Assembly: GCA_040880005.1 (NCBI GenBank)
Contig: JBBDJG010000026.1
Coordinates: 3,432 to 67,431, forward strand
Reading direction: 5' to 3'
Length of the DNA: 64,000 nucleotides
DNA from: Solirubrobacterales bacterium
GTDB taxonomy: Bacteria; Actinomycetota; Thermoleophilia; Solirubrobacterales; JBBDJG01
The position numbers and the translations under genes are program-made. Positions within the stretch are counted from its first letter, which is position 1. Every line of letters begins with the position of its first letter. Positions 7,899-15,581 of the stretch are shown here, in pieces. The notes beneath the pieces were generated by a model that had not been told where the DNA came from, made no database searches, and saw nothing but the letters and a program-made list of their open reading frames with translations.

Positions 7899-7956
7899 CT
7901 CACCGGAGCCTCCGTTTTCCGCGTCGCGCTCGGCGTCTAGCGGGTTTTCGTCGTCA

Positions 7957-8009
7957 CCCTCACCACGCTTGCCATGCAGAAGGTCGAGGGTTCGAGTCCC
8001 TTCATCCGC
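7957..8009 (+). repeat. att-like direct repeat copy 1 (attR of island A); tRNA-Gly(GCC)-like 3' part
   Basis: 7964-8009 is identical over 46 bp to 9308-9353, and the match extends to 53 bp with 2 mismatches. It contains TTGCCAT (an anticodon-loop-like context around GCC), AGGTC, a T-arm GAGGG-TTCGAGT-CCCTT, and the acceptor 3' strand CATCCGC followed by T. No D-arm or 5' acceptor strand lies upstream, so it is not a complete tRNA. Confidence 0.7.
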
Positions 8010-8052
8010 TTCCCGCTCTGATGCGGGATCGCCCGGCTCAACAGCGATCCGA

Positions 8053-9153
8053 ATGGCACACACAAGCGCGACGGGCAATAATGGGGTCGTGTCTGTGGGT
8101 CGTCTCAGAGCTGGTGTGTTGGTGACCGGAGCGTTGCTTCTCGCGCCTTCCACGCCCGCCTCGGGGGCGGTAACCGTAGGTAACAGCTTGAGCAACTCGG
8201 CAGACTCCGGCTCTTGCTGGACTCCCGGCGCAGGTGGAACGAGCTCGTGCACGCTCGCACAGGTGAGCCTGGACGCAGGGAGCCCCGCCAGCGGCGGCCT
8301 GACCTCTCCGCTTGATGGTGTCGCAGTCAAGTGGCGGCTCAAGCTCGGGGATCTCTCGAACGTGACCTCGGCGAGCGCCAAGCTGAGGGTGATCCGCGGC
8401 AACCGAGGGGTGTCGAGCAGCCAGGTCCAGACCTTGGTCAGCAACGGAACCCACCAATTCGACACGAGGCAGCCCGTAAAGATTGGTGACCGGTTTGGCA
8501 TCGACACGACTCTTTCCAGTCCCTTCATCGGTATCTCCCTTCAGATCATGCACTCCGCCAGCCCCAGCCCCAGCATGAACCCATACCACTACTGGACGCC
8601 ACCGCTTGCAGACGATGAGAGCCGATCGCCGACCGCAACGTACGGCGGGGAGCTACTCCTAAACGCCGACATCGAGCCCGACGCCGATGGCGACGGGTTC
8701 GGCGACGAGACCCAGGACCAGTGTCCGGCAAGCGCGTCCAGCCAGAGCCCTTGCCCACCCGCACCTCCCCTGTCCGGCCCGGCGGTATCAGACCGAGCTG
8801 CACCCGCCGGACTTGCGAGCTTCGCCAGGACGCTGAAGCTGCGCTCTGCGTTGAGACGCGGCCTTAACGGCAAGGTCAGTTCGAACGAACCGGCGGACAT
8901 CAGCGGCAGCGCCGAGGTCGCCGCCCGGCTTGGGCGCAGGTTCGGCCTCAAGTCCGCGCGACCAGTGGTGGTCGCGAGGGGCAGGGCGTCGCTTGCGGCG
9001 GCAGGCGTCGCGAACCTCCGCCTCAGCTTCACGAAGAAGGCGAGGCGCAAGCTGAGGCGTGCGCGCAAGGTTGGGCTCACCTTGCGGATTAACCTGACGG
9101 ACAAGGCGAGCAACACCGCCAAGTTCACCCGCAAGGCAACGCTCAGGCGCTGA
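8053..9153 (+). CDS. secreted hypothetical protein with a D-rich Ca-binding-like motif
   Basis: Track ORF 7969..9153 trimmed to ATG 8053. The signal-peptide-like N-terminus is MAHTSATGNNGVVSVGRLRAGVLVTGALLLAPSTPASGA. It contains the motif DIEPDADGDGFGDETQDQC and a basic C-terminal domain. Confidence 0.7.
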   Translation: MAHTSATGNNGVVSVGRLRAGVLVTGALLLAPSTPASGAVTVGNSLSNSADSGSCWTPGAGGTSSCTLAQVSLDAGSPASGGLTSPLDGVAVKWRLKLGDLSNVTSASAKLRVIRGNRGVSSSQVQTLVSNGTHQFDTRQPVKIGDRFGIDTTLSSPFIGISLQIMHSASPSPSMNPYHYWTPPLADDESRSPTATYGGELLLNADIEPDADGDGFGDETQDQCPASASSQSPCPPAPPLSGPAVSDRAAPAGLASFARTLKLRSALRRGLNGKVSSNEPADISGSAEVAARLGRRFGLKSARPVVVARGRASLAAAGVANLRLSFTKKARRKLRRARKVGLTLRINLTDKASNTAKFTRKATLRR

Positions 9154-9176
9154 CGCCGGATCCCGAGGTTCGCATT

Positions 9177-9240
9177 GGGCACCAGCTTTATTCTGGTGCC
9201 CAACCTTCCCCACGCTTCCTGTAACTTCACCTAACTTCTA
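9177..9240. promoter_or_regulatory. hairpin (possible terminator of 8053..9153) plus four phased short repeats near the right end of islet B
   Basis: The hairpin GGGCACCAG-7 nt-CTGGTGCCC spans 9177-9201. It is followed by AACCTTCC (9202), ACGCTTCC (9212), AACTTCAC (9223) and AACTTCTA (9233). The layout is collinear with 7833-7898 at an offset of exactly 1344 bp. Confidence 0.4.
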
Positions 9241-9300
9241 GGGGCGTCGGAGTCCGCAGCTCCCCCGCTACGGCGCTTGTTTCCACCGTTGTTGGACTTC

Positions 9301-9353
9301 CCCTCGACACGCTTGCCATGCAGAAGGTCGAGGGTTCGAGTCCCTTCATCCGC
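9301..9353 (+). repeat. att-like direct repeat copy 2
   Basis: 9308-9353 is identical to 7964-8009, and the CCCTC at 9301-9305 also matches 7957-7961. Confidence 0.7.
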
Positions 9354-9359
9354 GTGTGT

Positions 9360-9437
9360 GATGTCTCGCGACATCTGTCTCCTATGTACCGAGACAGGTG
9401 TCGCCTATGTGGTGAGACCAGACACCTTCATCCGCTT
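9360..9437. other. three consecutive hairpins with embedded CCTATGTnnnGAGAC direct repeats, ending in a 13-bp third att/tRNA-3'-end fragment
   Basis: The three hairpins are GATGTC/GACATC (9360-9375), CTGTCTC/GAGACAG (9375-9397) and GGTGTC/GACACC (9397-9426). The direct repeats lie at 9381-9395 and 9404-9418. CCTTCATCCGCTT at 9425-9437 equals 7999-8011. Confidence 0.5.
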
Positions 9438-9461
9438 GCGCCGTCGCCGGAGGCGCCGCAG

Positions 9462-9917
9462 TCACCTCATCACGATCCTGGCGCTGTGCTCGACTCGCCG
9501 CCGCAGCTCCTCCAGCGAGCGACGTAGGTTGGTGCCGACGATCGGCGCGGCCAAGCGCTCGGCGATCGCGCCGAGCAGCCCTCCCTCGGTGTGATACCCG
9601 AGGCGCAGCGTCACGTTCGTGCCGCCCCCGTCGCGCTCGTGCAGCCGCCAGCGCCCACGCTGGTCGATGCCGAGCACGCTCGTCCAGGCGATCTCGTAGG
9701 GCTCGTCGAACTCGACGATCTCGATCATGCCGCCGATCTCGGCCGAGCCGACCTTCATGCGGGTCGCGTAGCGAGCGCCGAGGCCGGTGCGCTGCTCCCC
9801 CTGGACCTCCCAGCTCGTGATGCCCTCCATAAAGGACTCGTAGTTCTCCGGGCGCGCGATGAAGGCCCATACCTGGCCGATCGGAGCGTCCACGGTGGTG
9901 CGTTTCTCGACTCGCAT
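9462..9917 (-). CDS. SRPBCC (polyketide cyclase/dehydrase-like, Bet v1 fold) family protein
   Basis: 151 aa. MRVEKRTTVDAPIGQVWAFIARPENYESFMEGI... shows the typical SRPBCC N-terminal signature. Confidence 0.75.
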   Translation of the reverse strand: MRVEKRTTVDAPIGQVWAFIARPENYESFMEGITSWEVQGEQRTGLGARYATRMKVGSAEIGGMIEIVEFDEPYEIAWTSVLGIDQRGRWRLHERDGGGTNVTLRLGYHTEGGLLGAIAERLAAPIVGTNLRRSLEELRRRVEHSARIVMR

Positions 9918-9926
9918 CGCGCCCGC

Positions 9927-10877
9927 TCAGCCGACGACCGGCAGACGCCTCTCGGCCGCCAGCCCCTCGAGTGTCCTTTGCATCCTGCCCACGATCTCCT
10001 CGTGGACCTCGTCCGCGTCCGGCTGGTCGCCGAACTCGGCCTGGAGGTCGATCGGCTCCAGCACCTGGAGCGTGATCTTTGCGGGCAGCGGTATGTGCCC
10101 CGCCAGGTCGCCGACGTTCAGTCCCCAGGGAAGCGCGATCGAGATCGGCAGCACCTTCAGGCGAAGCAACCTGTCGAGCCGCAGCAGCGTGGCGAGCCGC
10201 TCGCCACGGCTCAAGAACAGCGACGTTTCCTGGCCGCCGATCGCCACCACCGGCACGACGGGCACGCGCTTGTCGATCGCCAATTCGACAAACCCCTTGC
10301 GGCCGCCGAAATCGATCTTCGACGACTCCCAGGACGGACGGTGCACCTCGTAGTCCCCGCCCGGATACACGAGCAGCGCCGAGCCCGAGTCGAGCGCACG
10401 CCGCGCGTTCTCCCATGAGGCGGCGATCGTTCCGCCCTTGCGCAGGTGGCGCAGCGGCGGCAGTGCCAGCACGAGGTTGTGCGCGAGCTGGAAGAAGCGC
10501 CGCTCGACTCCGAAGTAGCTCGAGAAAGCGAGCACGAAGATGAAGGTGTCCGGCGCCATGTTGCCGCCGGAGTGATTGCCGACCAGCAGCACCGGCCCGC
10601 GCGGTGGGATGCGCTCCAGCCCGCGCACCTCGGCCCGGAAGTAGAAGCTCGCGAGCAGCCACAGCCAGGGCAGGTTGTCGCGCAGGTAGTCCGGGTCGCG
10701 CTCGTGCAGGTCAGCCTTCGGGATCTGGCGCCGCACCTGCTCCACAATCGCGCCGCTGAGGCGGGACAGCATTCCGGCGGGGGCCCGCTCGTTGGGTTGC
10801 TCGGAAGGACGGCCGCCGTTACGGGCGATCGTGCGAGGTGCGTCCCGCTGCATGACCCTTGACCGTGAATCGCTCAT
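9927..10877 (-). CDS. lysophospholipid/glycerolipid acyltransferase (PlsC-like) family protein
   Basis: 316 aa. Motifs: PVLLVGNHSGG, LVYPGGDYE and GFVELAIDKRVPVVPVVAIGG. Confidence 0.7.
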   Translation of the reverse strand: MSDSRSRVMQRDAPRTIARNGGRPSEQPNERAPAGMLSRLSGAIVEQVRRQIPKADLHERDPDYLRDNLPWLWLLASFYFRAEVRGLERIPPRGPVLLVGNHSGGNMAPDTFIFVLAFSSYFGVERRFFQLAHNLVLALPPLRHLRKGGTIAASWENARRALDSGSALLVYPGGDYEVHRPSWESSKIDFGGRKGFVELAIDKRVPVVPVVAIGGQETSLFLSRGERLATLLRLDRLLRLKVLPISIALPWGLNVGDLAGHIPLPAKITLQVLEPIDLQAEFGDQPDADEVHEEIVGRMQRTLEGLAAERRLPVVG

Positions 10878-10929
10878 GAAAATCCCTCTGCCGTGACTCG
10901 ATCCCCGCGATCAGCCTACTGCGGCAGCG

Positions 10930-12156
10930 TCAGGAGTCAACGAGTCCCGCACCGAGATCGGCCGACGCGACCGGCTCCACGGTGGCGAGGAACTCGGCGA
11001 TCGCGGCGTGGAGCTCGCGCGGGCGCTCGATCTGCGGGATGTGGCCGCAGTCCAACTCGACGTGACGGGCCGACGGCAACACCCGCTCGACGTGCTTGGC
11101 GAACTCGATCGGCGCCAGGCGATCATGTGTTCCCCAGATGAACAGGCACTCGGGGGCGAGTCTGCGCAGGCTGGTCCAAAAGCCCCGATCGCCGTGGGGC
11201 TCGTCGAGGTAGATGCTGCGCGCCGCCGCGTAGAAGGCGGCGCGCCCACGAGGGTCGGTGTAAGTGCGGATGAACTCGTCGATCCCGGCCGTGCCCCACG
11301 ACGAGGACGCTCCCGGTATCAGGCGCCTGACGACGGCCTCCACGACCGGCCGCGGCGTGACCTGGATCAGGCCCAGCTCGGGTCGTATCCAGCGCAGATA
11401 GGGCGCCCAGCGGCGCTCGCGCAGCCACGCCATCGCCGGCGTCATCAGCACGAGGCCGATCACACGATGCGGTCGGCGCATGCCGAACTCGAGCGCGACG
11501 CGGCCTCCCATACTGTGACCGATCACGTGCGCACGTTCGATCTCGAGCGCGTCGAGCAGCGCAGACACGCCGCGTGCCTGAAAGTCGGGCGTGTAGGAGG
11601 CGCCGACCGGCTTGTCCGAGTCGCCGAAGCCGAGCAGATCAACCGCGATCATTCTGTACGAGGGGGCGAGCGCCGCCACCGTGGGCAAGAAGGACCACTT
11701 CGTCCCGCCGAGGCCATGCAGCATGATCACGGGCTCTCCGATGCCGGCTTCGAGCGTCGAGAAGTCGCCCATCCTCGTCGTGATGCGCCGGAAGCGCAGC
11801 TGTCCAGGGCCGGTGGCCCGAGCCGTTGCCGCCAGGAACCCGACCGCGAGATGCAGGTTGTGGCGCACGCGCAGGCGCCCGGCGCCGAACGCGCCCAGAC
11901 CCCCCGACAGGTCGTCGGCGATCTCGTCCCATGTCGAGCGATCCGCGCTCAGAAGTGCGGCGGGCCGCTCGGAGCCGGATCGAGACAGAACCGCGCGCTT
12001 GCGATCGATCGCGACGTTCCAGCCCTCGTCGGGTCCGGTCGCGAGCATGACCACGGCCCGCTGCGCCGCAAGGTCGAACCGCTCGTGGTCGAAGCGGTCG
12101 ACGAGCGTCCGCAGGCTGGCCGGAATCGCCGAATCGGCGCGAATCGCCGTGCTCAT
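10930..12156 (-). CDS. SCP2 sterol-carrier-like domain fused to an alpha/beta hydrolase
   Basis: Track ORF 10930..12381 trimmed to ATG 12156. The N-terminal domain is SCP2-like (LLSADRSTWDEIADDLSGGLGAFGAGRLRVRHNLHLAVGFLA). The hydrolase part has VIMLHGLGG and the nucleophile elbow GHSMGG. Confidence 0.75.
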   Translation of the reverse strand: MSTAIRADSAIPASLRTLVDRFDHERFDLAAQRAVVMLATGPDEGWNVAIDRKRAVLSRSGSERPAALLSADRSTWDEIADDLSGGLGAFGAGRLRVRHNLHLAVGFLAATARATGPGQLRFRRITTRMGDFSTLEAGIGEPVIMLHGLGGTKWSFLPTVAALAPSYRMIAVDLLGFGDSDKPVGASYTPDFQARGVSALLDALEIERAHVIGHSMGGRVALEFGMRRPHRVIGLVLMTPAMAWLRERRWAPYLRWIRPELGLIQVTPRPVVEAVVRRLIPGASSSWGTAGIDEFIRTYTDPRGRAAFYAAARSIYLDEPHGDRGFWTSLRRLAPECLFIWGTHDRLAPIEFAKHVERVLPSARHVELDCGHIPQIERPRELHAAIAEFLATVEPVASADLGAGLVDS

Positions 12157-12344
12157 GTGTGCGAGCTCGTGGCAGCGAGGGGTGTGAGCACGTTCGTCAC
12201 ATGTTGCCCATGCCGACGGCCTGACCGGCAGCGGGGTCACCGCATGGTACCGGCCCGCCAGAGCCGAAAAATCTAAGGCTCGGCGCCTGGGCGCCGATAT
12301 GAGTCCTTGCTGGGCTTTCAAGACCCGGATGCCAGATTGCCCGA

Positions 12345-14441
12345 ATGAGGATCGACAGCCCCTCCACCGACATCGACCCAAAGCTCGCGTTCCGATTCCG
12401 GTCCTTCTCCCAAGTGGCGGCCGGCCTCAGCATTCTCGTAGGGGCTCTCGCGCTGATCGGGTGGGCCACCCACGTGTGGCGTCTGACGGCGATCTGGCCG
12501 GGTCAAGCGGCGATGAAGGCGAACACCGCCTTGGCCATCGTGCTGGCCGGCGCTTCCCTGCTTCTTCTTCGGGATGCTGCGTCCGCTCGCGCGCGGCGCC
12601 TCGGACAGACGTGTGCGCTGCTGGTCGCCTCGCTGGGACTCGTCACGCTGCTCGAGTACATGCTCGGCTGGAACGCCGGAATAGACGAGCTGCTGTTTGC
12701 CGAAAAGCCATCCGCGATCGACACGACGCATCCGAGCCGAATGTTCCCGGCGACCGCGCTCGGCTTGGTGCTGGTCTCGACATCGTTGCTGCTCGTCGGC
12801 GAACGGCGGCGCTTCGCGCACGAAGCGGCAGAGGTACCCGCGTGCGTTGCGGGCACGATCGCGTCGCTGGCGTTCCTCGGCTACATCTACGGCGCCGAGG
12901 CCCTCTACCGAGTCAGCGACGCGGCCATGGCCTTCCAGACCGCGATCGTGCTCATGGCGCTGGCGGCCGGGGTGCTGGCTAGCCGCCCGGAGGTGGGACT
13001 CATGGCAATCCTGGCCGGCCGTGGCACTGGCAGCAGCAGCGCCCGCCGCATACTGCCTCCGGCTCTGATCTTGTTCCCGATCGTCGCGTGGCTGTGGCTC
13101 GAAGGCCAGCGGCGCGGCATCTTCGACTTCGAGTTCGGGCTCGCGTTGCTGGTCGTGACCGGCCTCTTGACGCTGACATGGGGGATCCTCGACGCGGCCA
13201 GATCGCTGAACCGGGCCGATGCGGAGCGCAAGCAAGCGGAGGCCGAGGCGTCGCGACAAGAAATCGAGCTGCAGGCAGAGCGCGCGCGACAGGAGGGCGA
13301 GCAGCGGCTCAAGACCGTGGTCGAGACGATGACCGACGGCTTGGTGGTGGTGGACTCCGAGGGCACGATCGTGCTTTGGAACAAGGCAGCCGAGCAAATC
13401 CTGGGGATGCCGATGGCCCACGTGCACCTCTCGGAGGTATCCGAGCAATATGGCGTCTTTCTCGCGGACGGCGTTACACCCTTGTCCAAGGACGAGCGGT
13501 CTCTGATGCAGACCGTGCGAGACGTGCACATCACAAAGGAAACAGAGTTCTTCGTGCGCAACGCGAAGAGGCCCGAGGGAGTTTGGCTCTCCGTGTCCGC
13601 CGCCCCCCTCGGAGCCGATGATGGGTCCCTGAATGGAGGTGTCGTGGTGCTCCGCGACATCACGGAACGCAAGCGGATGCAGCAGGAGACCGACCGGCTG
13701 AGAGACGAGTTCCTGGGGCTCGTCTCGCATGACCTGCGAACCCCGCTGACATCGATCAAAGGCTATCTCGAGCTGCTGCTCGAAGGGGAAGGCGGCAAGC
13801 TGAGCGAGCGCGGCGAGTACTTCCTGGAGGTCGTGGCGCGCAATGCGTCGCGGCTCGAGCGCCTCGTCAACGATCTGGTCTTTGTCGCTCAGGTGGAAAG
13901 CGGCGAGTTCGCGATCGAGCGCGAGGCCGTCGATCTGGACGAGATTGCGTCCAGATCGGTCGAGGCGGCGAGGCCGAACGCCGAGGGCAGGGGCGTCGTG
14001 CTCGGCCTCAACCCCGCGCTGCACGGGGAGTGCCTGGGGGACCGCGACCGGCTCGCGCAGCTATTGGACAACCTGATCTCCAACGGGATCAAGCACACCC
14101 CCGAGGGCGGCAGCGTCGAGGTCAAGCTTCGCAACGAGGGCGAGCACATGCTGCTCGAGGTCAGGGACACGGGTGTCGGCATCCCCGAGGGCGAACAGCG
14201 GCGTATCTTCGATCGCTTCTTCCGAGCCTCCAGCGCTACCAAGCGCGGCATAAAGGGAGTCGGGCTCGGCCTCACGATCGTCAAGGCGATCGCGGAAGGT
14301 CACGGCGCTCGGCTCTCGGTTGAAAGCAAGGAAGGCGCCGGGACGACGGTCCGGCTTGAGATTCCGCTACCCGAGTCGATGCGCAAGCCCGAAGCTGTGG
14401 TGGGTGGCAAAGAGAAGGCGCTTGGCCGCGAGGCGGCCTAG
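12345..14441 (+). CDS. membrane-bound PAS sensor histidine kinase (no adjacent response regulator)
   Basis: 698 aa. It has a multi-TM N-terminal region and a PAS segment (MTDGLVVVDSEGTIVLWNKAAEQILG). The kinase core shows the H-box LVSHDLRTPLTSI and the N/G boxes LISNGIKHTPEGG, DTGVGIP and GVGLGLTIVK. Confidence 0.9.
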   Translation: MRIDSPSTDIDPKLAFRFRSFSQVAAGLSILVGALALIGWATHVWRLTAIWPGQAAMKANTALAIVLAGASLLLLRDAASARARRLGQTCALLVASLGLVTLLEYMLGWNAGIDELLFAEKPSAIDTTHPSRMFPATALGLVLVSTSLLLVGERRRFAHEAAEVPACVAGTIASLAFLGYIYGAEALYRVSDAAMAFQTAIVLMALAAGVLASRPEVGLMAILAGRGTGSSSARRILPPALILFPIVAWLWLEGQRRGIFDFEFGLALLVVTGLLTLTWGILDAARSLNRADAERKQAEAEASRQEIELQAERARQEGEQRLKTVVETMTDGLVVVDSEGTIVLWNKAAEQILGMPMAHVHLSEVSEQYGVFLADGVTPLSKDERSLMQTVRDVHITKETEFFVRNAKRPEGVWLSVSAAPLGADDGSLNGGVVVLRDITERKRMQQETDRLRDEFLGLVSHDLRTPLTSIKGYLELLLEGEGGKLSERGEYFLEVVARNASRLERLVNDLVFVAQVESGEFAIEREAVDLDEIASRSVEAARPNAEGRGVVLGLNPALHGECLGDRDRLAQLLDNLISNGIKHTPEGGSVEVKLRNEGEHMLLEVRDTGVGIPEGEQRRIFDRFFRASSATKRGIKGVGLGLTIVKAIAEGHGARLSVESKEGAGTTVRLEIPLPESMRKPEAVVGGKEKALGREAA

Positions 14442-15559
14442 TAGTTCCCGATCGCCTGCTCCAATGCCCACAACAGCCGGTCGGTCGCGGCGCCGTCGCG
14501 GATCGCTGCGCGAACGTGGTCGCCGTCGCCGAGCGGCCCCCCGTGCGCGACCAGCACCTGGCCCTGCTCGAGCCGTTGCGCGAGCCGTTCGCCGTCCATG
14601 CCCTCGACGTGGAGCCAGATGAAGTTTGCCTGTGTCGGCGGCGCGCTCAGGCCCAGTCGTTCAAGACCCTCGCGTAGTCGCCCGCGCTCCGCTATGACCG
14701 CCTCGCGCCTGCGCAACGCTTCGCGCGTGCCGGCTCCCAGCGCCTGCGCGACCGCGGCCTGGGTGAGCGCGTTGACGCCAAGCATTGGCGCCAGCGCCGC
14801 GAGCAAATCGGCACCCTGCGATGACCCGACCACGTAGCCGCCGCGCAGCCCCGAGAGCCCGTAGATCTTCGAGAAGGTGCGAAATACGAGCAGGCGTGGA
14901 AACGCCTCCACCAGCCGCAGGCACGAATCCTCTTCCTCTTCGTCCTGGAAGTGCACGTAGGCTTCGTCGAGCAGCACGTGGACGTGCGCCGGCAGCGCGC
15001 TGAGCAGGCTGCCGAGCTGCTCCGAGCGCAGGTACGTCCCTGTCGGATCGTTGGGGTTGCAGATCGTCACGATGCGCGTGCGCGGCCCGACCGCCGCCAG
15101 CACGCCGTCCGCGTCGATGCCACCGTCGCGCAACTCGACCGGCACGAACGGCGCCCGCGCCCGAGCGGTGATCGACGCATACAACGAATACGACGGCCAA
15201 GGCGTGACCAGCTCGTCGCCCTCCCCGAGCAAGAGGTACGCGGCCGTCTGGAGCAACTCAGCGGAGCCGTTGCCGAACACGATCTGGGCGGCCTTGATGT
15301 AGTGGCGCTCGGCAAGCATGCGCCGGATGTCGGTCGCCTCACGGTCCGGGTAGCTGTTCAGCCGTCCGCGCGCCTGAAACACCGACGCGCCAACGACCTC
15401 CGCGTCGGGTAGGTCGGTCCACTCGGTTCCGGAGAGGTCCAGCACCGGAACCTGCACTAGCGCAAGCGCCTTCTCCTCGGCACGTCGATCGCGTAGCCGC
15501 TCGTTGACCTCCGACTCGCTCATGTCGTCGAACTGCCGGTAGTAGTCGAGCAGGCCCAT
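14438..15559 (-). CDS. hisC: histidinol-phosphate/aromatic aminotransferase family (class II PLP) enzyme
   Basis: 373 aa. Motifs: NPNDPTG, DEAYVHF and the PLP-lysine motif FRTFSKIYGLSGLRGGY. Confidence 0.8.
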   Translation of the reverse strand: MGLLDYYRQFDDMSESEVNERLRDRRAEEKALALVQVPVLDLSGTEWTDLPDAEVVGASVFQARGRLNSYPDREATDIRRMLAERHYIKAAQIVFGNGSAELLQTAAYLLLGEGDELVTPWPSYSLYASITARARAPFVPVELRDGGIDADGVLAAVGPRTRIVTICNPNDPTGTYLRSEQLGSLLSALPAHVHVLLDEAYVHFQDEEEEDSCLRLVEAFPRLLVFRTFSKIYGLSGLRGGYVVGSSQGADLLAALAPMLGVNALTQAAVAQALGAGTREALRRREAVIAERGRLREGLERLGLSAPPTQANFIWLHVEGMDGERLAQRLEQGQVLVAHGGPLGDGDHVRAAIRDGAATDRLLWALEQAIGNY

Positions 15560-15581
15560 GACGTCTTCCTCGGCTCGGCGC

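Larger units (their letters stand above)
1..8009. mobile_element. integrated phage-satellite-like island A (left end outside the window; right end is att repeat copy 1)
   Basis: Twelve co-oriented minus-strand genes (int, Zn-ribbon proteins, TerL, TerS, HTH, Rep) with start/stop overlaps. There is an iteron cluster at 4706-4912, and the island ends at a tRNA-3'-half-like direct repeat at 7957-8009. Confidence 0.7.
8010..9353. mobile_element. remnant islet B bounded by att repeat copies 1 and 2
   Basis: A 1344-bp segment between two identical att-like repeats. Its right end has the same hairpin, phased-repeat and core geometry as island A. It has no integrase and carries a single secreted-protein gene. 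Confidence 0.45.

Noticed and set aside
7957-8009. Calling this segment, and its twin at 9301-9353, a complete tRNA gene.
   Set aside because: Only the anticodon loop, variable loop, T arm and acceptor 3' strand are present. The 5 nt preceding the loop cannot form the anticodon stem, and no D arm or 5' acceptor strand lies upstream. I therefore treat both as att/tRNA 3' fragments.
7969-8052. The N-terminal 28 codons of track ORF 7969..9153, which start with TTG inside the att repeat.
   Set aside because: This part is the translation of the tRNA-like repeat (PCRRSRVRVPSSA, which also appears in ORF 9277..9594). A signal-peptide-like start at ATG 8053 is more plausible.
9382-10662. A 426-aa minus-strand ORF overlapping the SRPBCC and acyltransferase genes in another frame.
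   Set aside because: It is an Arg/Gly/Ala-rich low-complexity translation, and the annotated frames have recognisable family motifs.
12318-14024. A 568-aa minus-strand ORF antisense to the histidine kinase.
   Set aside because: It is a shadow ORF. The plus-strand frame has PAS, H-box and ATPase motifs.
14438-14441. The convergent stop codons of the kinase and hisC-like genes, which overlap as CTAG.
   Set aside because: This is a trivial consequence of tight convergent packing and gives no evidence of regulation.
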